A stretch of 12,164 nucleotides of DNA from Prasinococcaceae sp. CCMP 1430. Lineage: Eukaryota; Plantae; Prasinodermophyta. The stretch spans positions 83,768-95,931 of the forward strand of contig RQSC01001337.1 of NCBI GenBank assembly GCA_013416795.1, read 5' to 3'. The notes below the pieces were generated by a model. That model was not told where the DNA came from. It did no database searches and saw nothing but the letters and a program-made list of their open reading frames with translations. The stretch's first letter is position 1. The number at the start of each line of letters is the position of its first letter. Shown here in pieces: positions 1 to 8,700 of this stretch. The position numbers were made by a program, and so were the translations under genes.

Positions 1-160
1 CGTCCGCGTACGCCGCCTCGAGCTCGGCCGCTATCGGCGCGGCGTCCGCGCCCGTCGGCGCCCCCGCCGCATCCGCCCCGCCGCCCATCGCGCCCGTCGC
101 CCCCGCCGCGCCCGCCGCATCAGCAGGAGACGCCCCCCCAGGGCCGCCAGCGTCGGCCAT
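1..160 (-). CDS. Probable 5' end of an unknown gene (partial, runs off the left edge); Ala/Gly/Asp-rich N-terminus
   Basis: Hand translation from ATG at 160-158 (context GCA-ATG-G) gives MADAGGPGGASPADAAGAAGATGAMGGGADAAGAPTGADAAPIAAELEAAYAD..., open to position 1, mostly GNS codons. It is absent from the ORF track. No family recognised. Confidence 0.5.
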   Translation of the reverse strand, partial: MADAGGPGGASPADAAGAAGATGAMGGGADAAGAPTGADAAPIAAELEAAYAD

Positions 161-380
161 TGCGCCGCCCTCTCCACCCCTCGGCCACACCCCAACCTCC
201 CCCGTGTGGCCTACCCCCCCACACACACCTCCGCGCTGGCAGGCCCGCCGCGCCCCGCGCCCGGCGCTGTGGCGCCCGACCCGGCCGGCGGCGCGCACGC
301 ACCGTGTGGCGTTCGAACGCCGCCGCTCCGCTCCGTTCGGGGAACGCACCGCACCGCACCCGCCCGCAGCATGCGGCGGT

Positions 381-900
381 ACATACGGTAAACCCGAAAT
401 CCCCCTGATCAAATCGAATTACCATTTGAAAAGGGTCTACGACCGAAAACAGCCTCCTTTTACCGTGCATTTTGATGGGAAATGCATGTTAGCGACAAGA
501 TTTGGGCACGGAGTAGTCTCCCGTGGCCTCGATGACAGACGGATGCATATCATTTCCAGAGGGCGCCGCCTTGAGGCAGTTGGTTTTTTGAGTGGACGGA
601 GTGCTCTACAAAGTTCGTTCGGCAGCAAAGCATACGGAGGTGTCCAAAAAAATCGTACGCCTCGCCAGGCGGATGTACGCCCGCCTAAAAATCGTTCCAG
701 CGCGCGCCGCTTGGCCGGGGCGCCCAGCTTTACCCGGGTTACTCATGGAGACTTTCCGCACCCCCCACCCATGTACGCGCTGTCGAACATTCGAACATGC
801 ACCCAGGAATGCAAAGCGCTTAAAGCGTCCTCCCTCTATCCAAACCCTATTTATGTCATACCTAAATCCGACGCCAATCCGACCCCAACCCAAACCCCGC
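381..900. other. Lower-GC non-coding segment (upstream region of the 1-160 gene and/or an interspersed repeat)
   Basis: Visibly more A/T-rich than its flanks, and the overlapping ORFs show no codon bias. Short direct repeats AAAAATCGT (~648, ~687) and TCGAACAT x2 (783-798); AAACCCTA at 842-849. Confidence 0.4.
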
Positions 901-967
901 GGGGCGGCGTCGGGGGCGGCGTCGCGGGGGAGGGCCACAGCGCGCGGGCGGCGCGCGGCGGGAGGGG

Positions 968-1683
968 GGGGACGAGAGTGGTGTAGCACAGGTTGTGCGC
1001 CATCATGATCGAGGGGTAAAGCGAGGCAAAATCGAGCGTGGCGATGGGCTTCTCGTAGTAGCCTGCCTTGGCCTCGAGCACGGTGGCACCCTCGTACGTG
1101 GCGTCGTTCTGTGTGCGCTGCACGACAGGCACCACAAGATCCTGCTGGCGGCACTTGCGCAGGATCTGACTCAGCACCTTGATCGACTGGCCCTTCGAGA
1201 GCAGGAAGGAGATGGGCACACCGGTCACGCGCGCCATCTCGGTGTAGTTGTACATGTACATGAGCGAGTCCAGCAGGCGCTGCGGCAGCAGGGCGTCCTT
1301 GAGACAGTATACGGCCAGGCGGCGACGCGTCTCGGCATTGCCCTGCTGCAGGTCGGAGATGATCGAGTGGTGTACGTCTTCCTTTTGCTCCCCCAGGAAA
1401 TGCGCTGACACGTTGTTCAGGCTGTAAGACGACAGCTTGTAGTCGCGGCGCACGGCCTGCAGCAGGTCGAATTGCACGCGCCCCTCGAGCGTGATCTCTT
1501 TGGTCTCGCGCGTGCCGTACGCCTTGGAACTGAAGGTTGTATTGCGCATCTTGATCATCGAGCCGCGAATGCGGCCGAAAACCGGGAAGTCGGTCAGGCG
1601 CAGCGTCTCCGCGCGGTCGAGCAGATACGGAAGGTCGAAGTCAACGATATTGTAGCCGATGATCATGTCGGGGTCGGTGGCGA
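968..1683 (-). CDS. POLD1: DNA polymerase delta catalytic subunit, internal fragment (ExoII to polymerase motif A)
   Basis: Exo[24 protein letters not shown], delta-typical [32 protein letters not shown], Exo[12 protein letters not shown] and motif [21 protein letters not shown]. The 5' end is cut by N1684; similarity stops at the G8 run at 964-971. Confidence 0.95.
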
Positions 1684-1684
1684 N
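1684..1684. other. Single N: contig/scaffold junction
   Basis: POLD1 coding sequence begins abruptly on one side, with unrelated 3'-flank-like sequence on the other. Confidence 0.85.
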
Positions 1685-1895
1685 GTCATGCGTCGGGCCG
1701 GGCAATCCGCCCTGTGGCCGCCGCTACTCCTGCCGCCCGCCCTGTGTACCATAGCAATAATACGTACAGTAGTATATACCACCTCAGACGCTCGGCGCGC
1801 CCTCGGGCGCCATGCCCGCGGCGCGCGCCCCTCGCTGGCCCCTCCCTAGCTAGCGCAGGCGCGCGCGCGGCCTCCCCGCCGGCCGGAGGGGCCCG

Positions 1896-3390
1896 CTACA
1901 TGCGGCTGGCGATGGCCTCTGGCCTGGCGGCAGGCGACGCTCGCGCGTCCCACGTGGCGAGAAAGCGGTCCTGTATGGCGTCGGCCAGCCGGTAGACCGT
2001 CCGCCAGCTGGCGTTCCACGCGGCCGCGCGCCCCCCGCGGCCGCCCTCGGCGGCGGCCAGCGCGGCGGCCAGCTGCGCGCAAAGCACCTCCTCCGCCTCC
2101 GACGACCCGCCCGCCGGCGTGCGCCCCTTGGCGAAGTCGGTCATCCTGTCGCGCGCCATCTTTTGGGAGAGGATGCGCGAGTCGCCCTCGGCGAACTTGC
2201 ACATCTGCAAAAAGTCCGCGCGCTGGAAGCCGGACTCCGCCATGAGCGAGTACGAGCCCATGTCCTGCTTCAGGCGCACCAGCAGCGAGATGCAGCGCTC
2301 CACGCACGCCACCTTGCCCACCGCGATCGCCTGCTGCAGCTCGAGGCTGGGGATGGCGTCCCGGCGCAGGACGTCGCACAGGGCAGCCTCGGCGCGGCCG
2401 ATGAAGTCGTCCAGGCCGTCGAGCGTCGCCTGGCCCTCTGCGAAGAGCGACCGCAGCTGCGGCAGGTCCGACAGCGGCGGCGAGCTGCCGTCGGGCGACC
2501 AGCACAGCTTGCCGTCGGCGTAGCGGCGCGCCCCGTCGAAGATCTTGCGCGAGAAGATCATGGCCGCCTGCGCGACGCACACGCGCCCGCTGAAAAGCCG
2601 CTGGCCGATCATCTGGAAGTTCTTTACGCCGGCCTTCTTTTGCACGTACGCGCCGTCGACGACGTCGCCGTAGCGGCTGAGCAGCGCCGAGTGCGGCACG
2701 CGGAGCTCCGTGAAGCGGATCCACGCGTTGTCGAGGTCGTTGGCGATGGTCTTGACGCCCATGTCGCCCATGCTCACGCCGGGGAGCAGCGCGCCGCCGA
2801 CGCGCTCGCGGAGGGGGACGAGAAAGGCGTGCGCGCCGCGCGAGGTGCCGTCCGGCATGATGAGGTCCGCCACGACGCAGGCCTTGTTCGCCTGCAGGCC
2901 CGAGCTGATCCAGTTCTTGCACGCGCCGTCCGCGGGCGAGCTGATGACGAACGAGTCGCTCGCGGCGTCGTAGCGCGCGAGGGTCTCCACCACCAGCCCG
3001 CTGTTGACGCCCGCGTGGCGCTCGGTGAGCCCGAAGCACCCCACGTCGCCCGCGCGCTCCATCGCCTCGAGCTCCGCCAGGTGGCGCTCCTCGCCCAGCG
3101 CCACGACGGTGCCGAAGCACAGATTGTAGTGCACGGTGAAGCGCACCCAGAAGCCCGGCGCGTAGTCGGAGATGGCCTGCGCGATGATGCGGTGCGCCAG
3201 GAAGAAGCGCTCGGGGTTGTCGCGCACGTCGGTCAGGCGGAGCAGCCCGCTGCGAATGACGTCCTGCAGCAGCCGCGTGGACGCGCCGTGGTCGAAGGGC
3301 CTGAGGTCCCTGCCGGGCTCCAGCGCGCTGCGGAACGCCGCCGCCCACTCGGCGTCGGCCGCCTCGCCACCGTCCCACGCCGCGCCGCCA
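1896..3390 (-). CDS. Acyl-CoA oxidase/dehydrogenase-family flavoprotein with C-terminal PTS1 (SRM), probably peroxisomal; 5' end unresolved
   Basis: Family motifs VHYNLCFGTV, GCFGLTERHAG, KNWISSG, GAHAFLVPLR...LPGVSMGDMGVK, DNAWIRF and FAEGDSRIL (catalytic Glu position). Ends ...ASRM then TAG at 1898-1896, with strong GC3 bias. No in-frame ATG upstream of the domain before N3741. Confidence 0.88.
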
Positions 3391-3740
3391 GGTGCGCCGG
3401 GGGCGCCCCCGGCGGAAGCGGCGGGGGTATACCGGGGGGGAGGGGCGGCTGGCCGCCATGCGGGTACCTCCTGTGCGCGCCCGGCGGCGGTTGCGGCGGC
3501 AGCGGCGGCTGGCCTACGCGCCCCCTGACGCTCAGTGAGCGCAGCGCAGTCTCCACATCGCCACCGGCGTTGGCCACCGCCGCGTAGACAACCGTCGCCG
3601 CCGTGCCGGCGGCTATGGCCTGATCCACGCGCACCATCTGCGCCGCGATGTCGACGGGCGCGGGCGCGCGGCCCACCAGGCACGACGCTAGGTTGCTCTG
3701 GTCTTGCGCCACAGGATCCTCCATCAGGAACGCGGACGCC
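3391..3740 (-). CDS. Coding fragment with UBA-like helical motif and polyproline repeats, out of frame with the downstream oxidase
   Basis: Frame of ORF 3233..3763: VDQAIAAGTAATVVYAAVANAGGDVETALRSL resembles the UBA pattern. GQPPLPP occurs twice with four synonymous third-position differences, which supports this frame being translated. Confidence 0.55.
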
Positions 3741-3741
3741 N
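3741..3741. other. Single N: contig/scaffold junction
   Basis: N separates minus-strand coding-like sequence from the 5' flank of the acyl-CoA synthetase. Confidence 0.85.
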
Positions 3742-3882
3742 CAACCCGCCCAAGGGCCCCCAAGGGGGCGGCCGGCGGTGGTTGGTCGCCGCTTGCGGCC
3801 GATCGCGCCCCGCCCTCGCGCCACTCTGCGCGCGCGTCGCGAGCGGGTCTCTGCGCGCGGCGGCGACGAGCAGGCCGACGGA

Positions 3883-6152
3883 ATGGAGCGCGTGTGGTGG
3901 ACGGCCGACCCGGCCGGGAAGGGCCGCGAGCCCATCATCGGCCACAAGGGCTGCGCGGCCAAGCCCGCGGAGACGCTGCTCGAGAAGTTCGAGGTGGGTG
4001 CGCGCGGGGCGGCATGCTGCGGCGCGCGGCGAACGCGCGGTGCGCGGGGACGAGGACCAGGGGACAGCGAAAGGGCGGTGGTGGGCGGGGGCACACGAAT
4101 GCAGGCGGCCGCGCGCCCTCTCGCCGCGCCGCCCTGCGCGCGCCGAGGCCGCTGGCGTCGCTTGCGCTCGCTGACGCCGGCCGCCCCGCTGTCGCGCCAA
4201 CTCAGGCGGCCGCGCGTGGCGAGCTGCGCGACACGCCAGCGCTCGTGCAGGAGGTGCTCGACGCCGACCTCAAGCCCACGGGAGAGAAGAAGACGTACAC
4301 GTGGCAGCAGTACTATGACGCGAGCAAGGCCATGGCGCGCGCGCTCGCGTCGATCGGCCTCGAGCGATTCGAGAGCGTCAACGTGCTGGGCTTCAACGCG
4401 CCCGAGTGGCTGGTCTCCAACATGGGCGCCATGATGGCCGGCGGAATCTGCGCGGGCATCTACACGACCAACGGGCCCGAGGCGTGCAAATACATCACCG
4501 AGCACTCGCGCGCGCGCGTGGTCGTGCTCGACGGCGCCAAGCAGCTGGAGAAGTACGTGGACACCGCCAAGGAGCTCGACTCCATCAAGGCGCTCGTCGT
4601 GTACGACTCGGCGAAGGGCGAGGCCGGCGCGGCGAGGGCCGTCGCCAAGTTCAAGGCCGCCAACCCCGATCCCGGTGCCGCCGTGTACACCTACGAGGAG
4701 TTCCTATGCCTTGGCTCGAACCCCGTGGACGGATCCAAGAAGAAATGGGACGCCGCGGTGGACGAGCGCATTGCCGCCGCTCAGCCCGGCGAGTGCTGCC
4801 TCCTCATCTACACCAGCGGCACCACGGGCAACCCCAAGGCCGTCATGGTGTCGCACGACAACGCCATGTTCTCGATACACGCGGGCATGAACCAGCACGC
4901 GGTGTTCATGGACCGAGACATCGACCTGCGGGTGGTCTCCTACCTGCCGTTGAGCCACATCGCCGCGCAGCACGCCGACGTGCACGCGCCCATCTACTGC
5001 GCGGGCCACCTGGGCCGCAAGGCCACCACGTACTTCGCGAGGCCGGACGCGCTCAAGGGCAGCCTTAAGGAGACGCTGCTGCTCGCCAGGCCGACCATCT
5101 TCTTCGGCGTGCCTCGCGTGTGGACCAAGTTCATGGAGAAGATGGTGGCCCTTGGCAAGAAGGCGCCCAAGCCCGTGCAGCTGCTCTCCAAGTGGGCCAA
5201 ATCCGTCGGCCTCGAGGCGTACCAGGCGCGCGCGGCGGGCCGCGTGCCCTACAAGGGATGCGCGTGGACGGTGGCGGAGAAGATCGTCTTCAACACGGCC
5301 AAGAAGAAGCTCGGCCTCGACGCGTGCGTGCTCTTCGTGAGCGGCGCTGCGCCCATCGCCACCGAGGTGCTCGCGTACTTTGGCTCGCTCGACATCCACG
5401 TCGTGGAGGTGTACGGCATGAGCGAGAACACCGGGGTCATGACCGTCGGCACGATGGATAAGGTGCGCCCTGGCACGTGCGGCACGCCCGTGGACGGCAC
5501 CGAGCTCCGCATCGACCACGTCCCGGGCCGCGACAAGGAGGGCGAGGGTGAGGTGTGCGTGCGCGGCCGCCACGTGATGCTGGGGTACATGTACGACGCG
5601 GAGAAGACCAGGGCTACCATAGACGACAATGGCTTCCTGCACTCGGGCGACGTGGGCCGCATCGACCCCAAGACCGGCGCGCTTTCCATCACGGGCCGCA
5701 TTAAGGAGCTCATCATCACCGAGGGCGGCGAGAACATCGCCCCTGTGCCCATCGAAGACGCCATCAAGACCGAGCTGCCCGCCATTTCCAAGGTCATGAT
5801 CATCGGCGACAAGCGCAAGTACCTCACGTGCCTCATCACGCTGGTGCAGGAGGGCTCGGACCAGGAGGGGTACTCGGAGGTGCTCGACGGCGTGTCCAAG
5901 AGTTTGGATTACAAGTGCGTGACTGCCGCGGAGGCGGCGTCCTCCGCCAAGTGGAAGGCGTACATCGAGGCGGGCATCAAGAAGTACAACTCCTCCTCGC
6001 TGGTTGTGTCCAACGCGTGCAAGGTGCAGAAGTTCAGCATCCTGCCCATCGACTTCTCCATCGAGACTGGCGAGCTCGGCCCAACCACAAAGCTCGTGCG
6101 TGGCAAGATCGTCGAGAAGTTCGCTGCGGAGATCGACGCCATGTACGCGTAG
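3883..6152 (+). CDS. ACSBG: Long-chain acyl-CoA synthetase, bubblegum (ACSBG) type; exons 3883-3993 and 4206-6152, about 685 aa
   Basis: AMP-binding YTSGTTGNPKAVM, SYLPLSHIAAQ, FFGVPRVW, YGMSE and GFLHSGDVG, plus bubblegum-like GRIKELIITEGGENIAPVPIEDAIK and GFNAPEW...AGIYTTN. Exon 1 MERVWWT...LLEKFE splices in frame to AAARGELRD; TAG at 6150-6152. The start codon is inferred. Confidence 0.9.
3994..4205 (+). other. Spliceosomal intron, 212 nt, phase 0
   Basis: Donor GAG|GTGGGT, branch point GCTGAC at 4170-4175, acceptor CTCAG|GCG. Removal joins ORF frames 3535.. and 3648.. exactly. Confidence 0.88.
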
Positions 6153-6261
6153 CTTCAGGGGCGTGCCCGACGGCCCCTCCCCATAGAGGGATCTCTGAGG
6201 AGAGCGCCCGCCGGCGAGCCTTTCAGTCATTCATTTGAGCCAATCGACAGCAATGGTGCAT

Positions 6262-6266
6262 TGTAA
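6262..6266 (+). terminator. TGTAA green-algal polyadenylation signal of the acyl-CoA synthetase
   Basis: TGTAA about 110 nt after the stop, within an AT-rich patch. UGUAA is the established chlorophyte poly(A) signal. Confidence 0.65.
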
Positions 6267-6320
6267 TCGAATGTTATCACGAGATGCCGTGCATTGACAG
6301 CGGCGCGGCGCGGGCGTGGC

Positions 6321-6344
6321 CGCGCGCGCGCGCGCGCGCGCGCG
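6321..6344. repeat. (CG)12 microsatellite
   Basis: Perfect 24-nt alternating CG between two convergent genes. Confidence 0.95.
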
Positions 6345-6470
6345 AGCATTGCACCGCTCCCGCGCCTACTACCCTTCGACCATCGCGCTGTCCGTCCGTG
6401 CTGAGATGACGGCCTGTCTCGCCCCCCGCCCGTTTCCCCCCGAACAGTCGTCTGCTGCAGCCGCCGCCAG

Positions 6471-8648
6471 TCACCACCGCTTGTCAAAGAATTCCGCGAT
6501 GCCTGCGCTGTTGTCCTTGATGCTTCCGAAGTGCCACATCGCGCACCTGCCGTGTGCCTCCCACGCGCGCAGGTGCGCCCGCGCGCGCGGTTCGCCCTCG
6601 TTGGCGATGGCGCGTCGCGCATGCTCTGCGGAGCGCGCCTCGCGCCCCTTACACTCGTCGAAGTTCCCTCCCGCAACCCACCCGCCGGCGACTTGTTTAT
6701 GGCTGAAGAACGCCACAGGCATGTTGTGGAGCGCGTCGACGCAGGAGGGGCTGGAGGGGATTACCATCGTACGCATGAAGGACCAGGGTATGTTGCCGCC
6801 GATCAGGTCCGAGTAGCTGCAGTCGAATACTGTGAGGTGCCTTTCGCTGCCGTCGTACGCGGCGCCCGTCATCGGACCTCTCCTGCAGTTGATGGTGCTT
6901 TGCGCGAACTGCGGCGTGTTCTCCAGACGCGCAGCGAGGGCCCCCCTGTCCACTGGGTATTGCACGCCATCCGTCAGCAGGGTGCCCGCGGCGCTGTGCA
7001 TGCGCAACAGGATGTGCCACAGCGGCGGTTGGTCCTTCAGCCCGCACCGCAAGCCGAGCCACGCTAGCAGGAAGTCCCTCGCGACGCGCGTGTCGCGCAC
7101 GTGGAAGGCGTCACCCATCGGTTGCCATCGCCGTTGCTGCGACGTTCGGTGCCCCATGAAGAACGCAACCGACGCGCCCGGGGCGCCGCAGGCGGAATAA
7201 AAGGCGTCATACGCGGGCGGGCCGGCGAGGTTCGCCCGCACGAGCGTTTCGGTCGCGCTCGCATTTTCGGATTCCTGCAGATGCTGCCGCCCATCCGTGG
7301 AGTCATGTGGACGATGCCTCCCTCGCGCCGCCGTGCTGAATGCGGTGTCCATGTCTATCACGGCGACGTCGCTGACCCCCGGCGTATCGAGCGCCAGCAA
7401 CGCCGCGGGCATTTTGGCGTAGTGCACAGACGGTGTCCCTGCGCGCGCTTCGGATGGGCAGCTCGGATCCCCGCCCTGTCGTCGGGTTCTCTTGTGGCAG
7501 CCCGTCAGATACTCTTCGCTGACGTTGCGCACGCAGTGTTCCCCCGGCGCATCGAGCGGGTGCGGCAGGGCGCCCGTCCACACGAACAGGCGCTCGGCGC
7601 GCGCGCGCGCAGTCTGCGCCTTGTTCAGCAGCAGCCCCGCGTAGGCGGCGATGTATGACACCGATCGTTCGCCACCCGCGATCACAACCATTGCAGGCAC
7701 GCCGTCGGCACTCGTGGCACCGCCGCGGTCCGCCATCCCGCGATCGCCAGCAGCAGCGGCCTCGAGGAGAAGGTCATCCTCGGCACTCGTCGCAGCATCG
7801 GCGCCGAAGCCACCGCCACCGCCGCCGCTGTCACCGCCGCTCCGAGCAGGTCGGCGCGCGCGCGACAGGTCAACCTCCCACAGCCCCGCGGTGAGCAGCA
7901 TTGGTGGCGTGGGCGCGCCTTCCACGAGCTGCGTGCTCACTGAGTCGACCTCGGAGTAATTCGCACCGTCGGGGGGGCCGCCGTCGCCGCCGTACACGCG
8001 TCCGTGCGTGCCCACGCGCGTCCACGTCGCCCACATCGTGGCGTCGCCTCTCAGCACCATCTCGGCGGGGTGGCGCAGGCGGCGTCCACTCTCGCTGCTG
8101 TTGCCCAGGCGAAAGCGCTGCGACGCCAGCGAGAGGCGCACGGTGCCTCGCAGGATGGTACCTCGCGCGCTCTCCCAATCCGCCGCCGCGCCCGTGTCCC
8201 TCGCCATAGCCGCCAGCAGCTCCTCCGCCGCGCGCGCGCTGCAGAGCGTGCCGTCGTCGTCGTCCTCGCGTGTTTCGAGTTGCCCCCCGGCGTTGCCGTT
8301 TCCGCTCAGGCCCGGCGGCAGCGCGTGATTCGCGTCGCCCAGACTTAAAGCGCCGGCGGCGATGAGGAACGTGGCGAGCAGCCCCGACGATGCCACCGCC
8401 ACGGGCAGCCGCCTCTTGCTCCGGCCGCTCCCGCTGTTCTGGCTCCTCGCGCTGCTCCCGCTGCACCGCGCGCGCGCCTCCGCGGCTGTGGCGCGCGGCG
8501 AGGCACTGGCGCGCCGCAGCCAGCCAGTGCAACCCCCTCTCCTCCTCCCCCCCCCACGCCCAGGGGCCGCCCGCACGCACAGGGACGCCCCTCCCGCCGT
8601 GGGCCAGCGGGCTGTTGACACCTTCGCTGTGTGAAAGGGATCGTGCAA
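6471..8648 (-). CDS. Putative type II membrane glycosyltransferase, GT-A fold, GT34 (GMA12/MNN10)-like; start uncertain
   Basis: Hydrophobic anchor (LPVAVASSGLLATFLIAAGALSL) and long stem, then LLNKAQTAR, HYAKMPAALLAL...VAVIDMDTAF (K...DxD), FHVRDTRVARDFLLAW...KDQPPL and C-terminal WHFGSIK, in the order expected for GT34-like enzymes. The ORF-track start is TTG; there is no in-frame ATG before the anchor within the listed ORF. Confidence 0.6.
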   Translation of the reverse strand: MHDPFHTAKVSTARWPTAGGASLCVRAAPGRGGGRRRGGCTGWLRRASASPRATAAEARARCSGSSARSQNSGSGRSKRRLPVAVASSGLLATFLIAAGALSLGDANHALPPGLSGNGNAGGQLETREDDDDGTLCSARAAEELLAAMARDTGAAADWESARGTILRGTVRLSLASQRFRLGNSSESGRRLRHPAEMVLRGDATMWATWTRVGTHGRVYGGDGGPPDGANYSEVDSVSTQLVEGAPTPPMLLTAGLWEVDLSRARRPARSGGDSGGGGGGFGADAATSAEDDLLLEAAAAGDRGMADRGGATSADGVPAMVVIAGGERSVSYIAAYAGLLLNKAQTARARAERLFVWTGALPHPLDAPGEHCVRNVSEEYLTGCHKRTRRQGGDPSCPSEARAGTPSVHYAKMPAALLALDTPGVSDVAVIDMDTAFSTAARGRHRPHDSTDGRQHLQESENASATETLVRANLAGPPAYDAFYSACGAPGASVAFFMGHRTSQQRRWQPMGDAFHVRDTRVARDFLLAWLGLRCGLKDQPPLWHILLRMHSAAGTLLTDGVQYPVDRGALAARLENTPQFAQSTINCRRGPMTGAAYDGSERHLTVFDCSYSDLIGGNIPWSFMRTMVIPSSPSCVDALHNMPVAFFSHKQVAGGWVAGGNFDECKGREARSAEHARRAIANEGEPRARAHLRAWEAHGRCAMWHFGSIKDNSAGIAEFFDKRW

Positions 8649-8661
8649 AAAAAAAAAAAAA
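8647..8661. repeat. A15 homopolymer
   Basis: 15 consecutive A on +; T15 on the coding strand of the glycosyltransferase. Confidence 0.9.
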
Positions 8662-8700
8662 CCGCCGGACGGATCATTGGCGTGCGTTTGGGGTTTGGAA

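Noticed and set aside
851-967. Intein or genuine C-terminal tail in POLD1
   Set aside because: No intein motifs, low complexity, and an early stop.
204-1008. Plus-strand ORFs 204..986 and 592..1008
   Set aside because: No recognisable motifs or codon bias, and non-ATG starts.
3994-4205. Introner element
   Set aside because: No terminal inverted repeats, only a generic AG|G at both ends, and no second copy in the window.
1896-4505. 869-aa ORF as one protein
   Set aside because: It crosses N3741, and its N-terminal part is antisense of the synthetase gene.
2119-6230. Antisense and alternative-frame ORFs over the oxidase and synthetase (e.g. 2163..3587, 1846..3459, 4704..6230)
   Set aside because: Explained by stop-codon scarcity in high-GC coding DNA.
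8647-8661. Poly(A) tail of a retrocopy or SINE
   Set aside because: No plus-strand gene or poly(A) signal upstream, and no target-site duplication found.
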